From the human T2T-CHM13v2.0 reference genome, Homo sapiens: a stretch of DNA of 64,000 nt. Shown here piece by piece: positions 51,220 through 64,000 of the stretch; position 1 is the stretch's first letter; every line of letters begins with the position of its first letter. The position numbers and the translations under genes were made by a program. Location: the NCBI RefSeq assembly GCF_009914755.1, contig NC_060925.1. One strand, written 5' to 3'. The notes below the pieces were generated by a model. That model did no database searches. It was not told where the DNA came from and was given only the letters and a program-made list of their open reading frames with translations.

Positions 51220-51900
51220 GGCCACCTCGGGTCACCGCTCCTCCCTTTCAGGCGCCCGGGTTTGCCCACCGCGAAGAGCAGTGGCGGAGACATCGCAGCA
51301 ACGCTAACGGGGCAGACCGCATAGGGGCCCTGAGAGGCACACACGCGCCTTCTGCTCACACCTCAGGCAGTCGGAGGGGCCCGGCGGAGCTGTGTTCGTG
51401 TTGTCATGGCGACGGAAGCAGACCATTAGAGCATTACGAGGAAATGAGAAGACTTGGGGTCTTGCGATCGCCGCCGAGTGACGGAGTAATTCGCAGATGC
51501 CACCGAGCGGTGGGGCGGCGCGGTTAATGGGGTCTCTGCTGGGCTAGTGTCCCGCATCAGCGGTAATGGGGCCGGCCCACCCGGAGGCAGCCCGGAGCAG
51601 CGTCGCCCCAGCAGGCTTATGCGGACCTGGCTAACTCCAGAGGCCGGCGGCTCCTTGCGGTGGGGAGAGGAGGACAGAGGGGCCAGGTGGAGCGGGGTCT
51701 GCAAACAGCCCAGGCTTTTCGTGAGACCCATTGGCGGGTTCCCTGCCACCAATATGCAGTCTCACAACCGTTTTCTGTCCCACTTGAAACCAGAAAATAC
51801 ACTTCCCAGATAGCAAGGAGGGGTGATTCGGATTCAACTCTTGCTGCAACTCGGGATGGAGGCAACCCCTCGGCGTGGGGATGCTGAGGCAGGCAAGGGA
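51220..51900. promoter_or_regulatory. CpG island (promoter-like or enhancer-associated)
   Basis: About 44 CpGs hand-counted in 51221-51721 in GC-rich, non-repeat sequence, versus CpG depletion elsewhere. GC-box-like GGGGCGG near 51512; CCAAT boxes near 51730 (-) and 51749 (+). Confidence 0.85.
51400..51413. promoter_or_regulatory. RFX X-box
   Basis: GTTGTCATGGCGAC, 12/14 match to palindromic GTTGCCATGGCAAC, inside the CpG island and overlapping an ETS-like CGGAAG. Confidence 0.65.
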
Positions 51901-52029
51901 CTGGGGCCGGTTCTACAGGAGGGAGGAAAAGAGTGAGCCATATGATAGAGTAAAATCCCTTGCAGGACTTCCATTCGACTGCACGCCTACTTATCCTGGC
52001 ATTCTGCATGTTTCCAGCATTTTAGGAAA

Positions 52030-52260
52030 GTGTCACAGTGGTTAATTAGCACAGACTCTGGAACTGGACTCGGGGATTGGAACCCCAGTTTTACCACTTG
52101 TATTAGCTGTGATCTTGAGCAGGTTACTTAACTCCCTTGTGTGTCAGAGAAGTTCTGCATTTGTACAATGGAGATAATAGTAATATACCTTAAAGAGGTG
52201 TTATGAGGTGTATATTTAGAATGATGCCTGGCATATAGTAAGAATTAACTATTTTTACTA
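52030..52260 (+). mobile_element. MIR SINE
   Basis: GTGGTTAATTAGCACAGACTCTGGA...GCTGTGATCTTGAGCAGGTTACTTAAC...AATGGAGATAATAGTA...TGCCTGGCATATAGTAAG. Confidence 0.85.
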
Positions 52261-52564
52261 TTTAGCTATTACTCGTATTATCATAAGTATTATTAGTATC
52301 AGTCTGGATTTATGCAGTGAGATATCCTATAAAATAAGAGGGTTGGAAGAAGTGATCTTCCATTGCAGTATGTGGAACAGTTCTGCAAACATAGTTTTGT
52401 ATGTTACTCTTGGCTACCAATATCTATTTGATTTAAAGGTGATTTGGCTTAGCAGAAAGCAAGGCTTCTGTTTATGTCTATACATGAGATGCACCACCAG
52501 ACACTGACTGTATTGAATTGAATGGCCCCACAGCTATAATACCCACAGGGTTTGCACGTAAAGA

Positions 52565-52762
52565 TAGGGCCACCATGTACAGTTGAGTTGGTTGTATATC
52601 CTGCACAAAGGTGCCCAGCTGAGGGGTGAGTAGGAGCAGAACCCCAGCCCCTGCTTTACTCCTGAAGCTATGCTCCCTGGCGTAGTGCTATGTCTGCCTG
52701 GAGGAAGGAGCTCATTTAAAAAATTTTCAACAACTTACCTTACGGGCTTTCAGTAGCCTTGT
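52565..52762 (+). mobile_element. MER91-like hAT-Tip100 MITE
   Basis: AGGGCCACCATGTACAGTTG..GGTTGT..CTGCACAAAGGTGCCCAGCTGAGGGG start. Confidence 0.55.
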
Positions 52763-54188
52763 GATCTTTGGGAAGGTCACAGCAAAACGAAAACAATGAA
52801 AAACCCAAAAAGCAAAAAACAGAAAACAAAGCATGACATTTAGTCAGATGCAGATCCTGAATTTAAGACTTACGCTACAGAGGAACTCCTGAGTTTGTTT
52901 GTGGTCTTGAGTGAAAAAAAAATTTGCATTTCCTCTGACAGTTCCTCATTCTCTTTCCTCTAGCTTTTGCAGCATTTGTTTAGATAAACTTTGCTGAGGA
53001 GATCAAATCACTTTGCTTATAACAGAAATGATATTGTAGTTTCAACATATTTATACAGATTTATATGTGTGCCAAAATATGTTTACATATGTAGAAACAT
53101 GAAGGTACAGAAATGCCTTTATCTTCTGTTTGTGTTTAGCTGACTTTGACAGTCCAGTAGCTATACCTCTCAGAGGAGTCTGGTAAAAACCGCCACATCC
53201 TGCACTTGCTCTGCAGCGGGTAGAGTTTGGGTAAGGTCACTTGGCCAGTTCTTACTCAGAGATGCGGCCCTGAGGCGCTGAAAAAGCCGAAACCCTCGCC
53301 TTTGAGGTTGGCCATGGCCACTATTACACAAAACTTAGTCTTTCAATTTGATATATGTTTGCATGTCTTTGGGGGACTTAGTGTGTGATCCACAGACTTC
53401 TAGTCATCATGGCAGAAGAGAAAGGTGAATGGGCCTAAACTTAAGAGGCCTGAGTTCCAGTTCTGGATTTGTAATATTAAAATCTGTACAATTTTGATAA
53501 ACACTTAGCCACTCAAGTTTGAGTTCCTTGATTTGAAAATAGGGATAATTATACTCATGAATATTTATGGAGATAAAATGTTAAAAGCCATGTGAGAATT
53601 ATGAAAACGCTATATACAGTCAAGAAACAGATTCAACTAAGAGTCATTGAGAACCTGTTGTGTGCCAGGGCCTGAGTTAAGCAATACCTAGAGAGAAATC
53701 GCTCCCCTCTCCACTCACTTATGATCTGTAAGATGAGGAGGTTGTATTATACTATCTCTATAGTTTATTTCAGCTTTAGGGCTTTTAAAACTCTATTCCT
53801 ACCTAATAGAATAGTCATATAATTTTACAGCTTGGAAGGACTCCATCTTGGGAGGAAGAATGAACATACTTGCAAAACACACATGAACAATTTAAAGAAA
53901 AGCCATGAATAAATGCACACAGTAAGGAAGGTATCTTCAGAGGACACACTTGGCCCCACTGTTGGCCTGCCCCAGCACCCCACTGTATAGAGCAGGGAGA
54001 TCAAAAACCATCTGGGGAGACTTAGCATGCAGAAGAGGAAGGATGTCAACCAGACTCTCCTCTGAGTGGGTTTGGAAAGTATGTGGATCTGCTTTAAATT
54101 GATAATATAAATATTTGTCCTCCAGGCTCCTGCCAAGACAATGTATCTTCCAACTACTTGCTGCCTGACTCTAATCCAAGGACCAAAG

Positions 54189-54190
<2 letters not shown>

Positions 54191-54219
<29 letters not shown>
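54191..54219. repeat. Poly(A) tract (A29)
   Basis: Directly visible. Similar isolated tracts occur at 6306-6324 and 7481-7498. Confidence 0.95.
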
Positions 54220-54221
<2 letters not shown>

Positions 54222-54275
54222 GCGTTCCTGTAATTGTCAAAAGGACATGCGATCTACTCATTCCTCTCTATATCA

Positions 54276-54448
54276 CACTGGTCCTCAAATTGCATCAGAG
54301 CTTGTTAAAATACAGATTCCCTGGCTCCATTCCCAGAGTTTCTGATTCTATAGGCCTGAGTTGAGCTAAAAAAATGTGTATATCTAATAAGTTCCCAGGT
54401 GATAGTGATATTGCAAGTTCAGGACTACTACACCGTGAGAACAGCTGG
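54276..54448. mobile_element. MER5A hAT-Charlie MITE
   Basis: GAGCTTGTTAAAATACAGATTCC...CCCAGAGTTTCTGATTC...TAATAAGTTCCCAGGTGAT...GAGAACAGCTG. Confidence 0.8.
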
Positions 54449-57164
54449 TCTGACTAACATCAAGTTTATCAACAGGTCAAGCCTAAAACAAACAGATGCA
54501 TACTTGTAGCACATTGTTCTGATCCCTCAGTAGAAGCAGGGTGTCTTGAATTTACGGACACTGCACTGTGTCCTTCTCTTGCATTGAGGAATAATACAAA
54601 TAATGGCCTTAAGAAATGACTGGCATCTTCACTCTTGTGAAGTTGTTGAGGATGCAGATTCCCACATCTCTCAATGTCCTTTTATTAGTATCCAAGAAAG
54701 AAATCTCTATCAGTTATTAGAAGGAGGAAGAAGTGCTCATTTTATCCCCAGAATGATTGGGATGCTTTCTTCTTTCAGGTTACATGACTTCATTTGCTTC
54801 ATTAGCTTCCTAGAAAGCTCCGAGACCAACAAACAGCTCATTTCCAATAAACGGGGAGAAACTTATGGCACATATTTGAGGGTACTAATTTTCCCTGTAA
54901 TATATTTTTATTCAACTTATTTTTTCTTTGTCTTCTTCTCCTTTGTAAGTTTTCCCAAATCTTTCCTAGAATAAAGGAGGAAAAAATAAATACATACATA
55001 ATAAAATAAGGAAATGGTGAAAATTACGTGTGCTAGTTCTGAGGGGACAAGAAATAACCGAGTAATAGAAGTTGGTGTCAGTAAACGTGTGTTGTCTGTT
55101 TTAGTGTGGTGGGTAACAAAAGTGATTTACCCAAGGTCCACCAGCTATGTGCTGTAGACCTGGCACTAAAGTATAAATCCTCTTGCTCCAGTGACAGAGA
55201 CCTTTTTTTCTAGTCTTTCCTGCTTCCCATACATAAAGCATTGAGATAACTGGGCTCCTGCCTCAGTGTTTGGTGTCAAGTTATCCAACCTGAGAAATCA
55301 GTAAAGTGAGTTTGCTTCAAGCCCAGGCATTCCTCCTCCCAAAGGAAATAGTAAGGGGTCAGTAAGAATTGACAAAAACTTGAAAAGATGGCCTGAATCA
55401 TTAATAGAGAAATTTTTTCAAGTTGCGAGGGGACTAATCCTTCCTTCTACTTCTCAGCAGTCACTGTAGCAATTACTGAATGGACACTAGCAGGAGCAAG
55501 AAGTGTTAGGTTTTTATAGGATGCTAAAAATGATGCTTTGATGAATTCTCACTAAAAATCACATGGGTGAGGAAGAGTGATGCTAGTGGTTAAGTAATAG
55601 CCATTGCTCACATACCCCACGTCTTTGGGGTTAAATCAGGGGTACTGGCTGCTTGGCAGTCTGTGTGGATCACTCTAGGCTTAGCATCTGTGAGTGGCAA
55701 GGTATAGGTAACCCTCTCATCAACCCAGTGCTCCTTTACCCCTTCTGGGAGGCCTGGAGGGGGCAGGTCAGCCCTTCCTCTGGCCTCTCACTGCCTCTTG
55801 TGTGCTGCACTCACCACGTCACCCTGAAGTTATCTATCCCCTGTCCATGTGGCTAGACTGCAGGCTCCTTCAGGAGACAGCCTGAGAAACGATTCCAGCT
55901 TGGTCAACACAGAGAAAGGAGTCCCTTTTATTTTCAGTATTTTATTTTCAAGTAAATAGATCAAAAATTTTTAACCCTTGCTGTGGGAGCACACCAGTGC
56001 TCCCACCATGAAGACCCATCAGACCCTGATCAGCTTTTACTTTCTTAGTTGAAAAAGCCAAACTGAAGGAGTGAGGGGGTGGGGAGATGAGGACAGTGGC
56101 AGCTTTTCCCCTTCCCCGCTCCCCTCTTCTAATGAATTCTTCAAGCAGCATCCAGAGGAGGAGATGGGCCAAGGCAGGCCCACGCTGCTAGCCAGCTACA
56201 TTAATCACACTCCATCCCTTCAGCCCAGCGGAGATGGATGGCCCCTCAGCAGGCCAGTGTTCAGGTGCAGTTCTAATAATAGGCTTCATTCAGCACTTCT
56301 TGACTCTCACAGTAGCTCCCTTCTCTCCCCGACAACTGACCAGCCCCATGAAGTAAGTTACATCAAAGACCTCAAAAGGCATGAAGTTCCAAGGAACTCC
56401 GGGTTGGAAATGTAGGCCTGGTCTCAGCCTTCCTTTCACAGTTGGGAAGACTCGGGCCAAGGAAGGTCACCCAAGGTCACAGTGGGAAGGCTGGGCAGCA
56501 TAAAGAAAAGCTCACTTCCTTGCCCGATGCTATCTTGCTGCCCAGAGAGAAGGAAAGGGAAGCAGAGACAGACTGGCTGACTCCATGGAGCTCCAGTTTT
56601 TTGAGAATCTATCTTTATGCCATCCTCTCTCCTCCTCTCCTTTTGTTTAAATTCCATTTGCCCTTCAAGAACCAGTCTGTTTTGTGTACAAATGATGGAT
56701 TGATTCTGTTATTGGTAGGGCTTTCAAAGGCAGCTCCTGTGCACCTCCCATTTATGTGCGACAGTCCCTGGGTCCCTAGCGCCCTCATTCTGTCACCCTT
56801 TGCCGCAGCGCTAACCAGGGCAACATGACCACCTATGATAGAAATCATACCTGTAAGTGCCTAGGGGAAGAATGTCCAGAGAAACACAAGATGTAGCTCT
56901 TGGAGTTTATATCCTAGAGGAGAGGAGGAAGCATACACAAATGGAACACCCAAAGAAGCATCTGACAAAGTATAATTAATGAATTGGCTTGAAGCTCATC
57001 TTTATCCTCTCTCCAGGGTACCAAAGGGAGAAAGTGTAGGCAAAAGATGGAATGACAAAATGGTGGGCAGCATAGGGAAGGATGATGACTCATTCTCACA
57101 TCAGGCAGCCAGGCTGCACATCATAAAGATTTATCAATAGATGAATTGTCAATCCAATAAAAAC

Positions 57165-57610
57165 CATAGACTTTGGAGTCAGAAAGACCTTGGTTTGAAT
57201 TCCAGCTCTTCCATTTATTCACTATCTGGCCTCAGGAAAGTTATTTAACCTTTCCAAAAATTTCAATTTTCTTATCTGCAAAATGGTTATACCTATCTCA
57301 CTGTTGAGAGGTTTGTATGACTCAAGGAGGTCAATGTCTAGCACTGTGCCTGGGTCAATATTGGCACTTTAAAACTGCCAGCGCATGTATACACTTACTT
57401 AGTCATTTAACACATATATAATGAGCACCTATCATGTACTAGACATTGTACTAAGCCTGGCATACATCAAAGGTGAACAAAAAAGACAGTGACCTTGTCC
57501 TCATGAACATAGCATTGTGGCCAGTGAAATAGATAAGCAAATTGACAATTATAATTCAGTCTGTTAAATGCTAGGATGAAGGAAGCACAGGTAGGGCCAC
57601 AGGAGACCAG
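57165..57610. mobile_element. MIR followed by an L2 fragment
   Basis: AGACTTTGGAGTCAGAAAGACCTTGGTTTGAATTCCAGCTCT (MIR); ATGAGCACCTATCATGTACTAGACATTGTACTAAG (L2). Confidence 0.75.
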
Positions 57611-58624
57611 AAAAGACATCCCTGTTTCATTCTTAAAATTTCTTTTCCCATCACCTTAGTCACTTGCATTATTTTTTCTCCTTCCTTCTTTTTAAAGATT
57701 ATCTGGCCAATTGATTTTTTTTTCCTTATGCTGATAAATCTTTACTGCTCTAAGGAATTGCTGGTCATCTCATCTGCCCAGCCAGCAAGCATGACAGCTT
57801 TCTCATCTTTCAGAGTTTCTTTCCTCCCTGCCTGGTTGTCCTCACAATTCTTCAAAAGCAGGCTTAACCCCTTGGTGGCTCTCTGCTGTTTGGTCTGTCT
57901 ATCTATCAGAAGAGCTGGCGAGAGAGATTTAGTGTTGGGAAGGGTTAGGCAAAGCTCTGGATTGAAAAATCCTGATACAAAGCTGAGGGAAAGAAAAGGC
58001 AGAAGCCATTTGCGCACTCTTTCCTTCATCCACTCTTTCATTCTTAAACGGACAATAATTTATTTGATGTAGGCTGAGATTTATTTTATGACTTACAGGA
58101 CTGGAGATTTTGGGGCAATAAAAATTTGTCAGACTATTCAGACCTGTCATCTTCTGCGTGCCTTCTTCAGGCGCCAAGGTTTCCTTAACTACCCAGATAA
58201 GTCTTCCAGATGACTGTGGGGCCCTCTGTCAAGGGAATAATTCTGTTTTCTACTGGGCCACCAAGCAGGGCTCAGTGGGCTGGCTGGGACTTACAAGGAC
58301 AGATGCTGGGCCTCAAAGAAGCCAGACTCTGGACAGAGAATAATGTAAATAAAATGCAAAATATGATCGACTGAGTTGGCACAGTATTCCTTTAAGCTTG
58401 CAGGGAAGTGAGGTGGCAAGAAGTAGATGAAAGAGAACTAGACGTAAATTAAGGATCCTGACACTCTAAATTTGTCACAAATCCGTTTACACGATTTTTG
58501 GAAAGTACTTTAACCTCTCTGTGCCTTTACTTTCTCATCTGTAAAGTGAAGGGGTTTCCTAGGATCCCTAGGAATGCCTACAGGCTGGCAGAATTCCTGA
58601 ACATGACTTATGGATGGGCTGCAG

Positions 58625-59052
58625 ACCCTTGTCCAGAGCAGCTCTGTTGATGCTCTGCCCAGGACCCCCCACCCGACCCCCACAGCTTCTGTGAGCCTTT
58701 GCCTCTCTGTGCCCAGTTATCCTCTGAGGATAGCCCTCGACCACTGGAGCAGCTTGGGGTTTGCATTCCACCATCCCTTCTCCTCTGGCTTTGAACCAAT
58801 GCCTGATAGATGGGGGAGTGTGAAAGCCCAGCAACATGGGGTCAAGTCTGAAGAAGCTTTGAGATGCCCAGTGCACTCCAGGGCTCCCCTGCAGGATCAA
58901 GCTGAGACTAGGATTTTGCCTGAAATGTTGCCTTTGCTTGGCTCCTTTCCTTCCTTGTCCTGCTTCACTTCCTCCCTTACTAGGCTCTCCTGAGCCACTT
59001 TCACATGGGTCTTTGTCCTGTGGTCTGCCTCTGGAGACTCCAAACTGTGACA
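58625..59052 (+). mobile_element. ERVL LTR (LTR16-like)
   Basis: GGGAGTGTGAAAGCCCAGC...GGGCTCCCCTGCAGGATCAAGCT...GGTCTGCCTCTGGAGACTCCAAACTGTGACA end. Confidence 0.6.
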
Positions 59053-59699
59053 GCTTTCAAATCCAGAAAGTTGGTAGAGTTTGTTCTGTTAACAAAACAT
59101 CCATCTATCCCATTTCTTTCTATTTCTTCTTTCTTTATCTCCAGTGTTTATGAATTTGTGGCCCATATGTTTCCTTTGCCAATGGTGGACAATTGTTGAG
59201 ACTGAGTCGTCTTGAGACTAGAGGTCACATGACAAGCTTGCAAGTGGCTCAAGTAGGAAGGACATTTCATGCCAGATGAAGGTTCTCTCCTTTAATTCAT
59301 AGAAGCCCAAATGGAATCCCTGGCACTACAGTCCTGCTAAGCATTTGTGCAACCCAAGAGTCAACATGCAAGTTTGTGACTACAGCATCCATGGAGGTCT
59401 AATAGAGTGGGTACCTCTTGGAGAAAGGTAAAGATTGGAAACATTTCCCCAAATTCTGAGTAATCACAGAACACAGTCCTCCTCTAAGGCAGCTCTGCTT
59501 TCCTGACCTATATTGTACTGGCTTGTAGCTACATCTTATCTTCCGGGTAAGACCATATGCTTGCTCTTCAAGGACATACTCCTCATCTGATGAATCCTTT
59601 CTGCACCAAACACAATACGTTACAGTGGTCAGGACTCAGTAAACATTATGTCTGAAAGGATCAAAGTGAACGTGAAGAGCAGTACGCCAGAGGGAAGGG

Positions 59700-59930
59700 C
59701 CAACAGTGATGGAGTTAAGCTCAACTAGGTTCAAACCTAGCTCTGTCCCTTCTCTGTTAGGCAAGCTGGTTGGTATATACTTATTCAGTCTCTTTGCATC
59801 TCAGCTTTCTCATCTGTAAAATGGAGATGTACTAACTATTTCATGAGGCTTTCCTGAACATTAACGATGTAGTATACTTAAAGGAATTATGAAAGTTTCT
59901 ATCTTACTGCAGCTGCTTAACTGATGTACA
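59700..59930 (+). mobile_element. MIR SINE
   Basis: CTAGGTTCAAACCTAGCTCTG...CTCAGCTTTCTCATCTGTAAAATGGAGAT. Confidence 0.75.
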
Positions 59931-60189
59931 GGTTATCTCTGAGCTTAGTCAGTTCTGTGGTCAGAGAAGGGACAGCAGAGGCTTTCTGACCTACAGCCAC
60001 TGTGCCTCACTAGGAAGAGGCAAGGAGCTTTGCTGTCTGTACAAGTTCTCCCCTAGATTGCAGCTCACCCTGGAAGTACTACAGGCTTTTAGAAGCCTTT
60101 GTCATTCCTATTTTCAAGAATTCTTCTGAAGGCTTATTACTCCCTAACAAGTGAATCCAATCAGTAAAATTTCTGGTAATACACATTCT

Positions 60190-61380
60190 ATGGAAATTTA
60201 ATATATAGTAAAGTGGCACTACAACTCAATGGGAAAGGGATACATAGCTTATAAGATGTTCAGAAAACAAGAAGATTTCACAAACTTATCTGCCTTTTAC
60301 ATTTGCTGAAGATATCTTTCTGGAAAAACACCAAACTGGATTCCTTTAAATGCACATCACATACAAAAGTAAAATTATGGACAGATTAAAGAAGTAAATG
60401 CAATTGTAAGTAGAAGGTTAAAAGAAGAAAATATAAGAGAATAACTTTTTGACCTTGGGATAGGCAAGGATTTATTAAACACAACTTTGAAAGCATAAGA
60501 TATAAGGCAAAAGGCTGGATTTTACTAATTGAAAATTAAGGATTTATGGACAGTGTGGATAAAACTGAAAGATGATATTGGGAAAAAGTAGTTGTAATGT
60601 CTAAAACTGACAAGGGATTGAGATATAGCATGTTCAAGGAGCTTCTGTAAATCAACAACAAAAAAGCAGCAACACTTAACAGAAAAAAATGGGCAAGAAT
60701 AGGAGATTAAGAGGAAATCAAACCCCAAAGCCTTGTACGTTTGAGAAGAGATGTTCAAATTTATTGGTAATCAGAAATGTGCAAAGTAAAACAGCAAGAC
60801 ACCAATTTTAACCTGTGGGAGTATCAAAAATTAGAAAGCTGGATGCTGCCAGGCAGGGATGTGGACTATAGAAACCCCCAGGCCTGCAGGCAGGAGTGCA
60901 GCCCTCAGTCAACTTGAGTGCACACAAGCAGGAACCCAGAAATTCTGATCCTGGGCAAATATCCCAAGAAACTGTCCTTCCACAGGCCCATAAGAGGCAC
61001 AAAAGGGAATACTCCTCACAGCACTGTGTGTTGAGAAGTGTGGTAGTGGTTCTCTGAGTGTCTGTCCCTGGGGAATGGATAAGCCAGGCATGGCATGTGC
61101 ACATCATGGAGCACTTTGCAGCAGAAAGGAGCTAAATACTGGATGCACAAATACTGACACAGATGGAGCTTTCAAACATAGTGGGAAGAAGAGAAAGAAG
61201 GAAGTTGAATGACATCTGTAACCCAGTTTGACTTATATAAATATTAAACACAAATCAATAATCAATAATTTGCAAGAATGTATACATATATACATCAAGC
61301 ACATTAGAATGCTTGCCTATTGGGGTAAGAGCATGGGAGCAGGGACTGAAGATAAACAGCAATAAATCAATAAAAAGAAG
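60190..61380 (+). mobile_element. Old L1ME fragment (ORF2 end and 3'UTR)
   Basis: AATATATAGTAAAGTGGCAC..AATGGGAAAGGGAT; GACCTTGGGATAGGCAAGGATTT; GATGTTCAAATTTATTGGTAATCAGAAATG. Confidence 0.75.
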
Positions 61381-62184
61381 AAAAAAATATTGAGGATGGG
61401 GTCCATGTTTTCTCTCATTCTTCAGTGGCTGCTGAGATCAAAGTGACTTGGGAGATCGATCTTTCTGACAGTCTGTTGCAGAGACTAGAGGGTTTTATAA
61501 AATGGTAGCTGGACATAGTAGTGGTGTCATCTGAGGTGATATCCAAGGTGTCATCCTTAGGGGGCACCCTGCAGATGCCCCTGTACTCTTGGACTTGGTT
61601 TTGACTTTGCAGGGCTAGAGACAAGCTGTCATTGGCCATGAGACCCTGGGGACCCACCTGTGCTGAGATGCATGTGAGACAGGTAGATGTCAGAAGGCCA
61701 ACTGATAAGTTACAATAAGAAGTAATTGTCATACAACCAGAGCACTAAAAGCTGCCTGATTAGTGCATTCTCTTCTTGTAGTCAAACTACATAGGAAGCC
61801 AAATCATAATCAGAAGGACAAGAACAGAGATGAAGCAAAAGAAATTTAGATGATCTTATAAAAAGCCACTCAACTGAGACAGTTTGAGGGATTGTTCCAG
61901 GACACAAATAGTCTTGCTAATAATGGGAATGTGATATTGGAATTACAAACATGTTGGAGTTTGGGCACATAAAAAACATCTAATTAAATACAACTAATTA
62001 GAAAGAAAGATAGGATGAAGATTGGGGCCTAAACAATTTTGAACATAAGCAGAAACCTGATTCAAGACAGATAATATAACCAGCCACCTCAGGAAAAATA
62101 TATCTCAGAACAAATCTTCCCTGGTCTCTGCAGACTGTAAGGAATAAATGAATAAATGCAAGAAAGCCTTCTCACACATGGGAA

Positions 62185-62786
62185 TGTTGAGTTTTACCTA
62201 AGACACATGATCCTGGAAAACAGAGAAGGTTAAGAAATAACCCCCCTCTTTTGTTCTGGGAAATGGCTTACTACGAAGAACCACTGTTACCCTGTGACTT
62301 AGCTAAGACTCATGGATGCCCCTTTGTTTACCCATGGCAAGGCCAGACTCAGACTCTCCAAATTCCCATGCATTGCTTCATGAAGGATTAGCTAAACAGC
62401 TCTTCATTCCTGGCCAATTGAAACAAAAATGCTTGTTAACCAAACTTTAGTTAAGCTTCTCTTCTGCTCCCAGTTATCTGAACTTTGGTGAGCATACAAC
62501 TCCCCTTTAACAGCCCCTCCTGGGAAGCAGCTGGCCTCAGGGTCAAACACTCTGATCTATTAGCCCATCATGGCAGACTTTCACCCCATCTCCCCACACC
62601 TGGTTCTTTCCAGTCTTGTTTACTCCTCCCTATAAAGGAAAGTTATTTTTGCCTGTCCCTTGAGATGCTTGCAGATCTTATGGTCACCGCAGTCCCACTA
62701 TTGCAATAGCTCCTTTTATCCCTCGCAACCATTCTTTCTAATAAAACCTCTCCTTACTAAGTCCAGAAATGTTCTTCGATTTGACA
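62185..62786 (+). mobile_element. ERV1-class solo LTR (MER67/MER31 group)
   Basis: CCTGGAAAACAGAGAAGGTTAAGAAA; ACCAAACTTTAGTTAAGCT; TATA box CCCTATAAA near 62630; AATAAA near 62740; TTTGACA end. The 5' start is either 62185 (TGTTGA) or 62208 (which gives a CACA 4-bp TSD). Confidence 0.7.
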
Positions 62787-63289
62787 CACATCATAGACCA
62801 TGCCCTCTAACTTCTCTGACACTCCTGGAGGAGATGCCACCACTGCAGTAAGAGAGAAGGGGAGAGAAAGAATACATTCTGTAGGGCCTACTATGCATTC
62901 ATGCCACAGTAGAGTTTTTTACTAACGTAAATAATATTACATGGCTTGATCACTGAGCCAGTTTGGTGTGCCCTGTTGGCAGGGAAATCTAACCTGTCCG
63001 GATGCTGTTGCCTACCTTCTACTTTAAAAGTTACCTCTTGATGTTTCTGTGAAAAATTCTTTCCTCCCCCTTGCCCTTTGCTTGGTTCTTCACTGATATA
63101 TATTCTTCAAAAACCTTAAAAAATTGCAGGCTAATTTAACCCGTTCCTTCATTTGGGAAGAAAGCCATAAAGCTTTTGATCACTGGAGGCTTGTGTTCAT
63201 CTGGGAATCGCTCTTTATTTTATCACATCAGGGAAATGATGTCCACCCAGGTCCCTTCTCTACAAATGTTTATTTTTTTATTTTTCTAG

Positions 63290-63620
<331 letters not shown>

Positions 63621-64000
63621 ATTTCTGCTCTCTCTTGATCTCCATCTCTTTCTTTTCCCTCATGTTGACCCACTGAGAAATTAATTAATGTGTTCACTAG
63701 CTAAACAAGTGCCTATGGAACACTGACTATATATCCAGGGTTATTCTAGGCACTGGAAACTCACAGACGCATAGTCTCTACCATCAAGAAGCTCACAAAG
63801 AGCAAAGGAAACAGACCTATAAAGTAATATAGCACAACATGATTAATCCTGTAATGGAGATATAAAAGAAAAATAAAGTGCTGTAGACCGAATGTAAATC
63901 AATGGGTGGAAAAACAAAGAACCGACAAGTAACAGTTGAAAATGTTTCCTTTTTTTAATCAAATACTCAATCTCCTTCCAGGCTGGTTAGATGACACGTG

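Noticed and set aside
50991-51527. 178-aa ORF across the CpG island, and the overlapping ORFs to 52009
   Set aside because: GTG start inside a MIR-like fragment. R/G/P/A-rich composition and ORFs in several frames are expected from stop-codon scarcity in GC-rich DNA.

Overview
Primate (most likely human/great ape) genomic DNA, rich in old repeats. No protein-coding gene, RNA gene or CRISPR array can be supported. Interspersed repeats include a near-complete HAL1, a young 5'-truncated L1PA2-type insertion and an L1PA7-type insertion (both with clear target-site duplications), four Alus, several MaLR/ERV solo LTRs, hAT DNA-transposon remnants, CR1/L3 fragments and many MIR/L2 pieces. The main non-repeat feature is a single CpG island at about 51.2-51.9 kb. 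It carries a near-perfect RFX X-box and a cluster of homeodomain cores, with no recognisable coding first exon. There are also candidate plus-strand splice signals (18.2-18.7 kb, 31.0-32.3 kb) and several motif-dense putative enhancers. Repeat subfamilies were called from recalled consensus features and need RepeatMasker/Dfam confirmation. Boundaries of old repeats are approximate. I found no convincing novel biological system; the best leads are regulatory or structural.
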